DNA of 64,000 bases from the human T2T-CHM13v2.0 reference genome, Homo sapiens. The notes under the pieces were generated by a model. The model had not been told where the DNA came from. It saw nothing but the letters and a program-made list of their open reading frames with translations, and searched no databases. Both the position numbers and the translations under genes were made by a program. Below are positions 35,788-48,589 of this stretch, in pieces. How positions within the stretch are numbered: the stretch's first letter is position 1; each line of letters begins with the position of its first letter. The DNA lies in assembly GCF_009914755.1 (NCBI RefSeq), contig NC_060928.1, one strand, 5' to 3'.

Positions 35788-36673
35788 TGAAAGCTGAAAA
35801 TAAGCTGAAAGCTGAGTCATGCAAGAGCTGCCTTTTTATGTTTACATTTTAGTTTAAAATTACTTTCTAATTTTTTTGTGTGTGACTTCCCCTGTGACCC
35901 ATGGTTTGTTTAGAAGTACATAGTTTGATTTCCAACTATTTGGAGATTTACAAATATCTTTCTGTTACTGATTTCTAGTTTAATTTGTGGGTAGAGACAA
36001 TAATTTTTACTGTTTCAATTATTTTAAATTTGCTGAGATTTGTTTGATGATACACAGTGGAGTCTATTTTGATGAATTTTCCAAGTGCATTGGAAAAGAA
36101 AGCATGTTCTTCAGTTATTGGGTGCAATGTTCTACAAATGTCCATTAGGTCAAGTTGGCTGATAGGATTGTTCAGGTCTTCTATATCAATAGTTCAGAAA
36201 TTTGCCAGCCTTTTTTCAAAATCACCTTCGTAACTTTCAAAAATACTAATGCCTGTATCTCACTCCTTAAGACTGTAATTTATTCTGAGGTGTGGTCTGT
36301 TCACTAGAATAATTAAAAGATTCCCAGGTGATTCTAATATACTGAAAAGTTTGGGACCTGAGTTCTGTATACTTAAATTATCTGTATAGTTGTTTTACAA
36401 ATTGCAGAGCAGGGAGTAATGAACTGTTTGAATTCAATTAATTTTTGATTCATTTCTATTTTGTAGCACTGTGGTTAGGATTTTGTGTCTTCTTGATGAA
36501 TATGCCCCTTTATCTAATTGTTTTAATGTTATTTTACCTAATTATTAGTGAAGGTAAACATTTTTTAAAAACCTTTCTGGCCGTTCAGTTTTCCTCTTCT
36601 GTAAGTGGCCTACTTACGTTATTTGCATATATTTATCTTGAGTTGTCTTTTTCTTACTGATTTGTCTGAATTC

Positions 36674-36962
36674 TTTTTTTTTTTTTGAGACGGAGTCTCA
36701 CCCTGTCGCCCAGGCTGGAGTGCAGTGGCACCATGTCACTGCAAGCTCTGCCTCCTGGGTTCATGCCACTCTCCTGCCTCAGCCTCCCGAGTAGCTGGGA
36801 CTACAGGCGCCCGCCACCACGCCCAGCTAATTTTTTGTATTTTTAGTAGAGACGGGGTTTCACCGTGTTAGCCAGGATGGTCTCAATCTCCTGACCTCGT
36901 GATCCACCCGCCTCGACCTCCCAAAGTGCTGGGATTACAGCCGTGAGCCACCGCGCCTGGCC
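36674..36962 (-). mobile_element. AluY
   Basis: CpG-rich; AluY diagnostics gcaagctc and ccgtgttagccaggatggtctc; TSD tgaattcttt. Confidence 0.93.
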
Positions 36963-37469
36963 TGAATTCTTTATATTTTGAGAGTTTTACTATATTCTGC
37001 CAACCTGTGGCTTGTTTTTTAACTTGATTAGAGATGGCTTCTCTTCTGTTTGTAAAACTTCCAAATTTTAAAATAATCAATATTTTACATCTTTCCTTAA
37101 TGAAATGTGCTGTTTCTTCCCTACGGTGATATACAGACATACGCTTTTCTTCTAAAAGTTTAGAGTTTTGTTTGTCACATTTTGGATCATTATTTCATTT
37201 GGAATTTAGTTTTATTTCTGTTGTGGTATCAGGATTGAATTTCTTATTTTTATATAAATAGCCAATTTAACTAGAACCACCATAACTTGTGTTTTCTATA
37301 TCCCACGAACAGTTACTATACTAATTTACACTCCCAACAGTAATGAATAATAGTTTTTTCCCCACAACCTTAGAAACAGTTATTCCTCACCAGACATCTT
37401 TATTGTATACCAACTTCCAGGTACCCTTTTTTTCCTAATTTTCTTTTTGTCTATTCTTGTGTCAATACC

Positions 37470-38095
37470 ACTTTTTTAAAAGTTGCTTTAAAATAGAATT
37501 ACCATATGATTCAGCACAAATTAACACACACTTCTGGGTGTATATCCAAAAGAACTGAAAAGAGGGTCTCAAAGAGACATTTGCACACCCATGTCCATAG
37601 CAGTATTATTCACAATAGCCAAAAGGAGGAAGCAACCTAAGCGTCCACTGATAGATGAATAAACAAAATGTGGTATAATACACATAATAAATGATATATA
37701 GAACTATTCAGCCTTAAAAAGGAAGTTCTGCAATATGCTATAACATGGATGAACTCTGAGGCATTATGCTAAATGAAATAAGCCAGTCATAAAAGGGCAA
37801 ATTCTGTATTATTCCACTTAGGTGAGGTACCTAGAGTAGTCAAACTGATAAACACAAAGTAAGATGATTACTGCCAGAGGATGAGGGGAATAGGAAATGG
37901 AGAGTTGCTCTTTAATAGGTATACAGTTTTAGTTTGGCAAGATGAAAAGAGAGATTGGTTCTGGAGATTGGTTGGAGAACAATGTGGAATGTATCTTATA
38001 CTACTGAAGTTAAAAATGGTTAAGATGGTAAATTTTATTCTATGTATATTTCACTACAATTAAAAATATTTAAAAATACTGTTCTAGCAAAAACA
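37470..38095 (+). mobile_element. L1M 3' end fragment
   Basis: agaattaccatatgat, ttcacaatagccaaaagg, aaaatggttaagatggtaaatttt. Confidence 0.8.
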
Positions 38096-38899
38096 AAAGG
38101 TTGCTTTTAATAGTTTCTCTTGATCTTTGGTGTCCTGCAATTTCACCGTTGCATAGAATTCTTATATTAATCCTGCTCAAGAATAAGTACTTCTTGAATC
38201 TGAAAATTCAAATATTCCACAATCTTGGAAAATTCTTAGTTATTACTCTTTGAATACTGCCTGCATCCATTCTCTCTAGTCTCTCTTTTTTGGCACTCCT
38301 ATTAGATTTATGTTGGATTTTTTTTCATTTATTTAGCTCCTACATTGCATTCTAGTAAATTTCCTCAAACTGAATATTGCAGTCGCAGCCAAATGCATAG
38401 TTCTCAAAACACTGAATAGAAGATATTTTTATATAGCTCTTAAAATGATTAAGGCGATGTGTCAGCAAACTGTGCCAGAAGTAAAAAGTCAAGAAACAGG
38501 GAGACATAAGGCTTGTCTCTACAGCTTAGGAGGCTGTGCCAAAGCCAAAATAATAATGTATTGCTGTGGATGTCTACCTTGTACTCAACGAATATTAAAG
38601 CAGGATGCCGCTTTGTGTCAAGTACTAGATTACGATGAACGGTGTCACGAAGAACACTCCACTCTTGATACCGTATATGTGACCTTGAGCAAGAAATGTG
38701 TTCACGCTCAGGCTTCAGTTCCTTTCTGTGGGTTGCTGTGAGGCTCCACAGGGGTAAGGTAAGCACAAGTGCTATGCCTCAGTACCACTAGGGTATTTTC
38801 TCAATTCTAAAATATTAAATGGCCACGCACTACAGATTTAATAATAGTTTCGGAGGAGGGGCGTGAGGAGAGGAACATTCCACTAGCTCAACTATAAGC

Positions 38900-39200
38900 T
38901 TTCCGATTTCGGAAATAAGAAAAATATGAAAAAGTCTGCTTTTAGAATTAAGGAACGACGGTGTCGCGTTGACTTTCTCTGCTTGGTTCGCAAACGCTCT
39001 TTTCTCGAACTTGAATGACTTCTCTGTCGCTCATACCAACCTCTTTCCTGAATGACTTCTCTGTCGCTCATACCAGCCTCTTTCCTGATTTTCCACACTG
39101 GGATTCTCACTCCAATTCTCAGGTTTCCTGATAGACCTGATGAGCCGCTTCACCAGCGCCGCTTAGCTTCGCTTCTTTACTGTCATTGGCTGTCGCTGTT
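38900..39200 (-). ncRNA. SCOC-AS1: Likely 5' region of the divergent antisense lncRNA SCOC-AS1 (boundaries approximate)
   Basis: Recalled knowledge of the human locus plus bidirectional promoter architecture; exons cannot be derived from sequence alone. Confidence 0.4.
39012..39088. repeat. 37-bp tandem duplication
   Basis: tgaatgacttctctgtcgctcatacca(a/g)cctctttcc at 39012-39048 and 39049-39085, one mismatch. Confidence 0.95.
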
Positions 39201-39314
39201 CCAGGTCCCGCCCACAGCGACCTCAATCCTGATTGGATGTCAGTGTCCTTTTGTTATGGCAAAGGTGGATCCCGGTGCTTTGAGATTGGACGACTGGGGT
39301 GAGGCGGGCAGCTA

Positions 39315-39495
39315 ATGCGCAGGCGTGTATTCTCGAGTCAGGATTGGCGGGCGAGCGGCTGGGACGGGATGGGATTCTTGTCACGGCGCACGTTCTGTGG
39401 GCGGAGTGGGCGGAGCTGCCGGGGTCAGTTGGTCCAAGTGTCCCGGCCTGAGGTGTCGGCCGGATCCCTCCTTCTCCCGGCGCCTCAAGCGGAAG
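39315..39495 (+). CDS. SCOC: SCOC CpG-island first coding exon (60 aa, MRRRVFSSQD...PAPQAE); start of the 159-aa isoform
   Basis: Phase-1 donor AAG|GTGAGG; 181+72+84+143 = 480 nt = 159 aa plus stop. Confidence 0.88.
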
Positions 39496-42400
39496 GTGAG
39501 GGCCGTCCCGGGCAGCGGAGGGCCTGGCCCCAGGCGACTAGAGCTGCATCCTCAGTACCTCCGAGGGCCTGGAGGGCGGGGCGGGCTGGACGCGGCCCTG
39601 CGCACCGGGGGCCCGGGAGGAGCGGTCTCGGGCCTGGGTATTTGGTGGGCGGCGGAGGCCTGGCTCCCGGCAGAACCCTTGCGCGACCTCTTTTTCTCCT
39701 GTTTTCGTTGTCAGGCCCAGGCGTTCTTTGGGAGAGGGACCTCTCGCGGTCCCTGACGCAGACATCGTGTAGCTTTCTCCCCGCAGCTCCTGGGTCGGGA
39801 GCCGCTTTGCAGCTCTCGGCTCTGGAATTGGACTGCGGGAGGGGCGTTTGGGTGGAATGGGACCTGGCACGCCTGGACCTTCCCGTGGCTGCTCTGCGAG
39901 AGCCTGAGAGATGGGAGGGGAGGCTGAGGTGGGGAGGGAGCCTAGAGAGCCGTAAAATAAGGATTGGACCATTTTTCCAGGCGGCGAAAGCGGCACCTGG
40001 GTTTGTTTCCTGATCGTCTTCTCCCCCAGAGTCCTGCTGAACAAGTTTTGGGAAGAAAGGTTTGGAAAGGAGAAAGAGGATACATTCCTGAAAGGCAGGG
40101 CTTCTGTTATACAGTGTGTCAACCTCACACTATTACGCAACAATAAGGACAGATGCCATTCCAGGTTGCCAACACGTTTTCTATGCCCGAGGACCCAAAG
40201 CTGTGCCCATGTATTCTGGTACCTCTATTCCTGATTAAAATCAGTGTAGCTAGCCATTCTCTGAGAGTATAGCTTCCATTTAAATCCTCATTTGGCCAAA
40301 CAGTTCCTTGATCTTGTGGAATTTGAAACTGGATTTATTTAACCAGGACAAGTCAAAGGAGAACTTGAACAGATCTGAACAGACATTATATTGAAGTTCC
40401 GTAGCTTGAAGGGAATGGAGTTTATTTTCAGTTGCTTAGTAAAGATTCCAGAGGAGTTTGACATCAGTGGTAGCAAAATGTTTGGCAAACTTAAGATTAG
40501 GGCCATATTAAAGTTTTTTCCATTGCATAATGGAAAAAGCATGGACTGTGAAGTTAGACCTGGGTTCAAATTCTTGGTAGAGACATTGGCTGTGAAACCT
40601 CTGAAACAGCTTTTCTGAAAGATATATAGACTTTCTGAAATTTAGTGTCCATATCTGTAAATTGCAGTTTCCTTCTGTTGATTTGATGAAATAACATATG
40701 CAAAGCATTTAGCACATTAATGCACGAAGACATTATTTTAGCAGTCTTAGTAGTTCTCCAGTATGACAGATGGTGAAATCAATTTTAGATGCAGAAAAGT
40801 TGAGTGGCTGAAGATGGACGGGTATTAGGAAAAAGTCTCAAAATCTGCAGGCTCAGATGTGACAATAGTTGTGGTGGAATGGTGGAAAAAACACTGGGCA
40901 TTTGTTGTAGTCTTGGCCCTGTTGCTAACTACTTCTGTGGTCTTCAGTAAGCCATTGTCATCTTTGGCCTTGATTTTGTAAAATGAAGCAGCTGGACCAG
41001 ATGGTTTTCTTTAAATTCTTTCTGTTGCCCAAATTAGAGCTAAAAGGTAGAGAAGACGATAGCAGACATTTATTGAATACCTACTATGTACTAGGTACTG
41101 TTGCCAACACATTGTATCTATCCACTCATTCTCACAACAAACCCATGAGATACGTACGGTTATTATCCACATTTTACAAATGAGGAAACTTAAGGCCGAG
41201 GTGTTAACCTTGCCCAGGGTTCCAGAGCTTATAAATTGCAGAGCTAGGATTTGAATCCAGGTAATCTGAATCCATATTGTTAATCATTGTGCCAGGCTGC
41301 CTCTTGAGGAGAGTGATATTGTGGATATTGTACACTATTAGAGATAACTGTAAAATAAGATAGGGGCATATTTGGTAAGATGATCGTCTTTGGTCACAGG
41401 TGTGTGTGCATGGCAAAAATTATTTAATTAAATGAATCTTGTCCCAATGTTTGCCACATTTCCTGGTTTGTATTCTCTCTATGCGTTCTGCCTCCTGGAC
41501 TTAAATAATCAAAAAAGTAATTCTAGATTCCCTTCCACTAACCAAGGCTAGATACCCGAATTTACTGTGTTTTTTGAGAAACCTTTGAAAGGTCTGACCT
41601 AGCCATACATCAGAGCTGAAGAATCTCAGCGAACCATGTCCATTTCTGGGGTAAGGTGGTTTAGGATAGGCAGAGCAGCCTCAGCGCCCCAAATTCATTT
41701 CAGTGTTCCCACGCTTGAGCAGACTTGGTCTTAATTTTCTCGTTTTTCATCAGATTTGCGTTTATATATAGGAGCAGAAGGAGTTGAAAGTGAACTCTTA
41801 AGAGCATATTTGACATGGAATTAGATTGATGTTATAGCAACTATAGGTAAAAAAGGATTTTATAGTTGAAAAATTTGAAAAGCTCAGTATTAAGTATCTG
41901 TTATGATGTAGTACTGTGTTAATGTAGACTTTGGGCAGTTTGGGGATCAATACTATTTTAAAAGAAAAAATCCATGGCTAAAATACTTTGACATAAAGAA
42001 CTCAGCAAGTCTTTTGATCCCATATGTCAAACAAATCAGTTTATTGCCCTAAATCTACTGAAAGACTTTGAATACATATTAATACAATAGTAGCATTTTG
42101 AGATGGGTCTATTTGATCACATCACAATAAAATACAATTGCTTCTTGTTCTTTTGTCGTGGAAAGGCAGCAGGTAATGCTGTGGTCCACTGTACTAAAGA
42201 GTAATGCCCTTATGCGTAGGGCTGCCAGATACAGTGGGCGGTTTTTTCACTGTGCAACACTTGGGATGCAATCTTACGTAGACTGTGGTGTGAATTGTGC
42301 TCTCTCGCGTTGTATACCCTTATAGCACTGTTCTTGTGGCACTACTTTTGTGCTCCTGCCTCTACCCTAATCTTGAGTGTAAGAGTAATTTTTCCTTTAA

Positions 42401-43385
42401 TAAGCCCTCTCCACCCTGTTTTTCTGCTTTTTATTTTCTTTCACTTTTTCAGATGAAGTCACACTGTTGCTAAACCATGCATAGGTTTTCTATTGTTTGA
42501 ATTATATGTGGTCAGAATTTCAGAAACTGGCTTCTTTTTCTTTACCTCTTATATTGGTGAGTTTGGAATACTTGTGTTTTTGCAGACTTTTTGGTTTAAT
42601 TTAAATATTAGTCTGAAACATAAGCAAAAGAAGACTACCCTATCACTGTATTATATCTGACTTCAAAATCAGCTGTGTCGATTTTCTGATTATCTGTTGC
42701 TTTGGCTTGTATATCTTATAACTCTTCTTAGCTATCATGAAAATTCGTTCTAGCTGTAGCCTTAACATCATTGGATATGAGAAATTTGAAGCACTTTTAA
42801 TTTATTATTTAGCAAAGACAGATGCCAAATTGCAGCTTACTCTTGCTGAGCACTCCCACGATCACTTTTGCTTTTGGCTGTTGCCTCTCTCATCTTACTC
42901 AGACCTCTTTTAGCTGGATCAGTGGTTGAAATGGTATGAAAAGAGAATGACTGTAGTACCTGGTTACAGATGTGCTTCTCTGTCAGGGAAATGTCAAATC
43001 AAGTTTTCACTGACACTCTTCCTCTTCAATTATAGTTAAAGAGACATGTTGATTCAATGGAGAGGAATAGTTTTTGGAGTGTGGTCTTTAAATACTACAG
43101 TAGGCTGAATAACTTTTAAAAAAAGAATTGTTGGAAAAATTTTAGTAATCTGAAATGCAGAGAACCTGAGAATTAAATAATGTGAAAAAGAGGTCGGGCA
43201 GAGCAACTTTAAATGCGGTTTAGATAAGGGGAAAGATGCTAGAAGACTTGGAGTAGGTTTATTCAGCATTATTAAATTAATTGTATACCATTTGTAGTTA
43301 ATTATTTAATAATGTTATACAAGGGATATTTCGTATTTTTTTCTAGACTAGTGAGTGCTATCTAACTTGAACTATAAACTTGAAG

Positions 43386-43511
43386 TTTATGTATATGTAC
43401 ACTGGGCATTTTAATTTGAAGTTCATGTTAGTATCTAAAGTGTAACAGGATTTATGTAGATGTACACTGGGCATTTTCAAATTTCATGTTAGTATCTGAA
43501 GTACAACAAGA
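43386..43511. repeat. ~63-bp imperfect tandem duplication
   Basis: tttatgta(t/g)atgtacactgggcatttt...ttcatgttagtatct(a/g)aagt starting at 43386 and 43451. Confidence 0.85.
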
Positions 43512-44898
43512 TTTGTATTAACAGCTGTGAGAGAATGTGTAATACACTGATATCTCTATTGTGATTCTAGTTCTAGTATGTAGATATCCTTATTTAATAG
43601 GTCTGCTTTCTACTGTTTAAGATACGGAGGCATAACAATGCCTTGGGCATAGAAGATATTCAGTAAATACTTGTTGAAAGAATAACACTGACAGGTCTAG
43701 GTTGCTTCAATGTAGTAGATTAGATTGGTTAACAAATCTGTTTTCAGTAATAATCTGGTGACATTATTTAATATATTTTGAACATATTGAATGAAATGAT
43801 TGTTAGCAATGGAGCAGAACATGTTTTATAGAAATTTTTTGTTCTAATATTTAGAAGTCTTCATTGTAATAATAAAATGTTAGTATTTATTTACTTATTT
43901 ACATCCTGATTAGTCTGTTTTTATTTAACCCTGACTAGGAGCTGATGAATGGACATTTTTTCATTTATTCCATATTAATATTTTAGATGGTCTAGTATTT
44001 ATCTTTTGAATTTTATTTGTAAAAAATTAAACAGTATATGTAAAGCAATACTTTAATGAAGAAGAATATTTGAAACAATTTTATCTTCATCCATACCGTC
44101 ATCCTTAATATCAGAGCATTTTTTCATTTTCATGTTTTTTATGCATATTTATATATATTTCACATAATTTACATCAGTGAATATACAATTTTATACACAT
44201 TTTTTCATGTAGTATAGTCATAATTATTTTCAGTAGCCACTCCATTAGAAATTATAACTGTACTCAGGAGGCTGAGGAAAGAGGATTGCTTGGGTCCAGG
44301 AGTTTAATACAGACTGGGCAACTTGGCAAGACCCTCATTTCTAAATAAATAAATAAAAATATGTCTTCTTAAAAAGAAAATCACAACTGTAATTTACCAG
44401 ACTTTGAGTGGGCAGTTATGTTGTTTCTGATTGACTTCATTGTAAATAAAATTGAAGTGATTTTTATGTATATAACTTTCTTTGCATTATTGTCCTTAGC
44501 CTAAATTTCCAAGGTAAAATACTCAGTTAAAAAAGATGTAAATGTTTTTATGAATCTTATTATCATACTGCTTTCCAAAAAGATTACATATTTAAAATTT
44601 GTGTCCAGTGTTTGTGTATTTGTTTTTCCATAACTCTTTGCTAGTATTGATCATTATCTCCTTTAAAAATAATAACTGTACGGTGGTATTTATGTATTTT
44701 TTGATTATCAAGAAGCTCAACATTTTCTCAAACTATTTATATCCTTTGCTTATTTACCCATTAGGCATTTATTTTATTCTTAGTAAAGCATATGAAAAGT
44801 CCTACTATGTCATAGTTAACAAAATCATCCTCCTTTGAAAAACAGGCTTATAGTTTATTGCTGTATGTGTCTATATTTCTGAATTTTTCTTATTGTAG

Positions 44899-44970
44899 AC
44901 CATTCCTCAAGAATTTTGTATCCAAGGCCCAAAAGTTTGTTACCCAAGATGATGAATGCTGACATGGATG
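44899..44970 (+). CDS. SCOC: SCOC shared exon (DHSSRILYPRPKSLLPKMMNADMD); internal ATG at 44949
   Basis: ttgtag|AC...G|gtatgt; 72 nt; phase 1/1. Confidence 0.95.
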
Positions 44971-45346
44971 GTATGTTCTTCATTTTCTTTTTTGTATACT
45001 CCTGGTTTTGTGGATGCTTTTGCTTTATTAAGCAATGGAAAGGGCAGAGAAACCATGTTTAGAAGACTTTGATCTTGGCTAATTACTTATTTATATCTCA
45101 TCTAGTGTTAGAAAGGACCAACCAAAGCAGCTTCCATTCCTTAGCTATGAGAGGTTGGCAAGTTGTTTTTATCTTCTTTACCTTGGTGGTATTATCTGCA
45201 ATTTGGGGATACAAAATTTTATTTCACAGGGCTCTTGTATAAGTCAAGTAAGAATGAATATAAAACATTTTGCAGATTTTTAAGTGCTACCCTACACAAA
45301 TGTACCTAATGCTAATTAATAGTAAATTTGAACCTTTATATTACAG

Positions 45347-45430
45347 CAGTTGATGCTGAAAATCAAGTGGAACTGGAGGAAAAAACAAGACTTATTAATC
45401 AAGTGTTGGAACTCCAACACACACTTGAAG
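45347..45430 (+). CDS. SCOC: SCOC coiled-coil exon (AVDAENQVELEEKTRLINQVLELQHTLE)
   Basis: Tandem acceptor ttacagcag; donor G|gttggc; 84 nt. Confidence 0.95.
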
Positions 45431-45930
45431 GTTGGCTTGCATTTTGTAGTTTATTTGAATGACAGCCAATTAATTGAACTTGTAAACATTTATATTGCTA
45501 AATTTTGTTTGTTAGGATGTATAATTTTTAAAAGAATGAACTTCAAAGTACACACATATATATATCTATCTTCCTGCTTTGGTAGTTTAAAGAACAGATA
45601 CACTTCAGTCAAGTCAAATGTTGTTATTGTGCTTCCCTCTTTGAAGCCTAACATAATGCTGGCTAGTATGAGACCCCCTTTTAAGTCCCCATAATGTGTT
45701 ACTAAGTCCGCTTTAATAAAGCTTATTTTAAAGTAAAAACAATGTATTAGCCTTGGAGATTAAAAAGGAATTCATCTGAATTTTTTCATTTTCTAAATCT
45801 TGCATAAAATTAATACACTGAAACATCTTTTGAGTTTTAATGAAATTAAGAGGTTGTGTTTTTGGTGCCACAGTGAGCAGATCATGTCACTCAGAACCTC
45901 CCACTGATTTACATTTTACAGAGTTAATAA

Positions 45931-46273
<343 letters not shown>

Positions 46274-46738
46274 CGGAATTAACCTCTTATGTGATCATCA
46301 GGAACTGCATGTGTTCAATGTCTTGATAATGTTACAATACAAGATGATAAGTTGCTTGGAAACTGACTGCCTGTATTCAGTATATGAATTCAGTTGTGTT
46401 AACCTGATATATATCTTAAACATTTCTAGTAAAGATGTTATAGTTTTATGTTGATAAGACATGAACCAAAATTCACATTTTAAAAACAAAGTCTTTTTAA
46501 AAAATTACTCAACATTAATGCTATTTATGAAGAATAGCATTTAGTCTAATGTGAAATATCTTTTTAGGAATTTGTCTACTAATTTGTACTCAGTTTGTTT
46601 ACCTTGCTGTCTCTAAAATCCGAATTCTTAAAATTTAAGGATTGTATTATTTCTTTTAAGAATGAATCCTAAGAATTTTGTAATATGGAATCATTGTCAT
46701 TGTTTTATTGATAATGGGCATTTTTATTTTTTATATAG

Positions 46739-46881
46739 ATCTCTCTGCAAGAGTAGATGCAGTTAAGGAAGAAAATCTGAAGCTAAAATCAGAAAACCAA
46801 GTTCTTGGACAATATATAGAAAATCTCATGTCAGCTTCTAGTGTTTTTCAAACAACTGACACAAAAAGCAAAAGAAAGTAA
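46739..46881 (+). CDS. SCOC: SCOC last coding exon ([47 protein letters not shown])
   Basis: T-rich acceptor tatag|AT; TAA at 46879-46881; heptad pattern. Confidence 0.96.
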
Positions 46882-48309
46882 GGGATTGACACCCTTCTGT
46901 TTTATGGAATTGCTGCTGATCATTTTTTCTTTAAAATTTGGATAGATTCCAAAAGTTACAGTACCTTTGTGGCTTCATTGAATATTTATGAAGATAATGT
47001 CAGATGTAGACAAAAATAACACAATAACAGGAGACTTCCATAAGTTTGTGTATTATGTTAGTCTATGAAAACGTGCAAATGTATTGTAGAGACTTTATGA
47101 TTAGAATTGCATATATTTATGAAACTTAAAGATGAATGTTTTATTGAATTTGTAGGTTTAGCACTGTCTTTTATTATAGGATTAGTAAGATATACAAGAA
47201 AATAACCACCGTGTTGTGAAAAAGTGACCAAAATCATGTACTAAATGCACAGCTTTATGTACCCTGTCCACCATCTTGTGCCTCTTCTCCATTTGCCTCT
47301 TCCTTCCTATTTCCCTTCCGCTAAGGAAAAAAATTGGTGTCACATTTGTAAAAGTAATTTTAATAGTTAATCATCTCTGAGAGTAACCTGTATTTTAATT
47401 GTTGAAACTTAACCAAAATAAGATACTGTCTCAGCTAGGGCTTGTCATTTGTGTATTTAGTGTTAAGATAGGAATGCTAGTGTCTCTTTAATTAATTGGA
47501 AATAGATGGAGGCTAAAAATGAAGGTTTTTCTTTGAAACTGAATTAACTTGGGAATATTTGTTGTTAAAAACTTCTTTTTGCCCAAAATAACTCATTTTG
47601 TATTATCTGAAAATATATAATTTCTGGTCATGTGTATGTTAAAATAGAAAATTTTGAGGAAAAATGGAAATAGGGTGGAAAAGTACTCGGTAAACAGTAG
47701 TAACCAAATATTTTCACTCCAGATTTGTGTTTTCTCTGGCACAGAGTAGATCTTTTGGGAAATATATATGAAAGTGGATTAAGTTTGACTACCCTTATGT
47801 TAGCCACATCTGGATGAGAACAGTTACAAAGAGTTTGGTCTCTAAGTTGATTTGTACCCAGTGGGTCAACTTCTGCAAAATTCCGTAATGGTGTATTAGT
47901 ATTAGAATAGTGAATAAAATGGGAAAGTTATACATGTATACTTATTATCTTGCTCAGTATTTTATCTCACTTGTTCTAGAATTTTCTGTAAACCCTGCTA
48001 CTGGGTTTGAAGAGTTTTAGTCATCCTTTAACAATTTTTAAAAATTTAGCTTCTAGATTCCATTTGGTAAGGAAATCAATATTGGAAGTATTGCTAAAAT
48101 CTTATAATATGAAAAGAGATCCACTAATGTAGCTTAAGGTTATTAGATTTGGGCTTTTAATCATGGAATAATCTTATGTATTGGTGTAAGAGTTGATGAA
48201 TGACTTTAGCTGTGTGAATATATAATAGTCAAACTGCAAACATTTTGCATCCCTTTTGTGACCTAATTTACAGACATTTAAATTGTGTTGCAGTTCTGCT
48301 TTGCCGTTT

Positions 48310-48345
48310 AATAAAAAGCTATTTCAGAGGTTGTGTGTGTTTTGA
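48310..48345 (+). terminator. SCOC: SCOC poly(A) signal
   Basis: AATAAA at 48310-48315 followed by GU-rich ggttgtgtgtgttttg. Confidence 0.75.
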
Positions 48346-48589
48346 TATAGTTGCCTAAGTAAATGGGGTATTTAGGTATAGTGGTGTATCCAGGGTTATT
48401 CAATGCCACAGAATAGTGTATCTTATTTAAGTACCCAGTTACTGATTATTTAGGGGAATAATATTTTTATTAATACAACTATAACTGGTTATCAATATAA
48501 ATATCATAGGCTATTATACATTAATTTGGAAAACAAAAGCAAAGCACTCAAAGGATCCAGTATCTCCAGGGAAAAAGGAAGTTGTATTT

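Larger units (their letters stand above)
38940..40020. promoter_or_regulatory. SCOC: CpG-island promoter of SCOC, probably bidirectional
   Basis: High CpG/GC content; ATTGG (NF-Y) boxes at 39185, 39232, 39285, 39343; GC boxes; NRF1-like tgcgcaggcg at 39316; no TATA box seen. Confidence 0.88.

Noticed and set aside
39315-40146. 232-aa, 143-aa and 201-aa ORFs over the CpG island
   Set aside because: GC-rich sequence is poor in stop codons; the real exon ends at the 39495 donor and the remainder is intron read-through
45350-45694. 114-aa ORF overlapping a SCOC exon
   Set aside because: Non-ATG-called alternative frame running into the intron; no coding evidence
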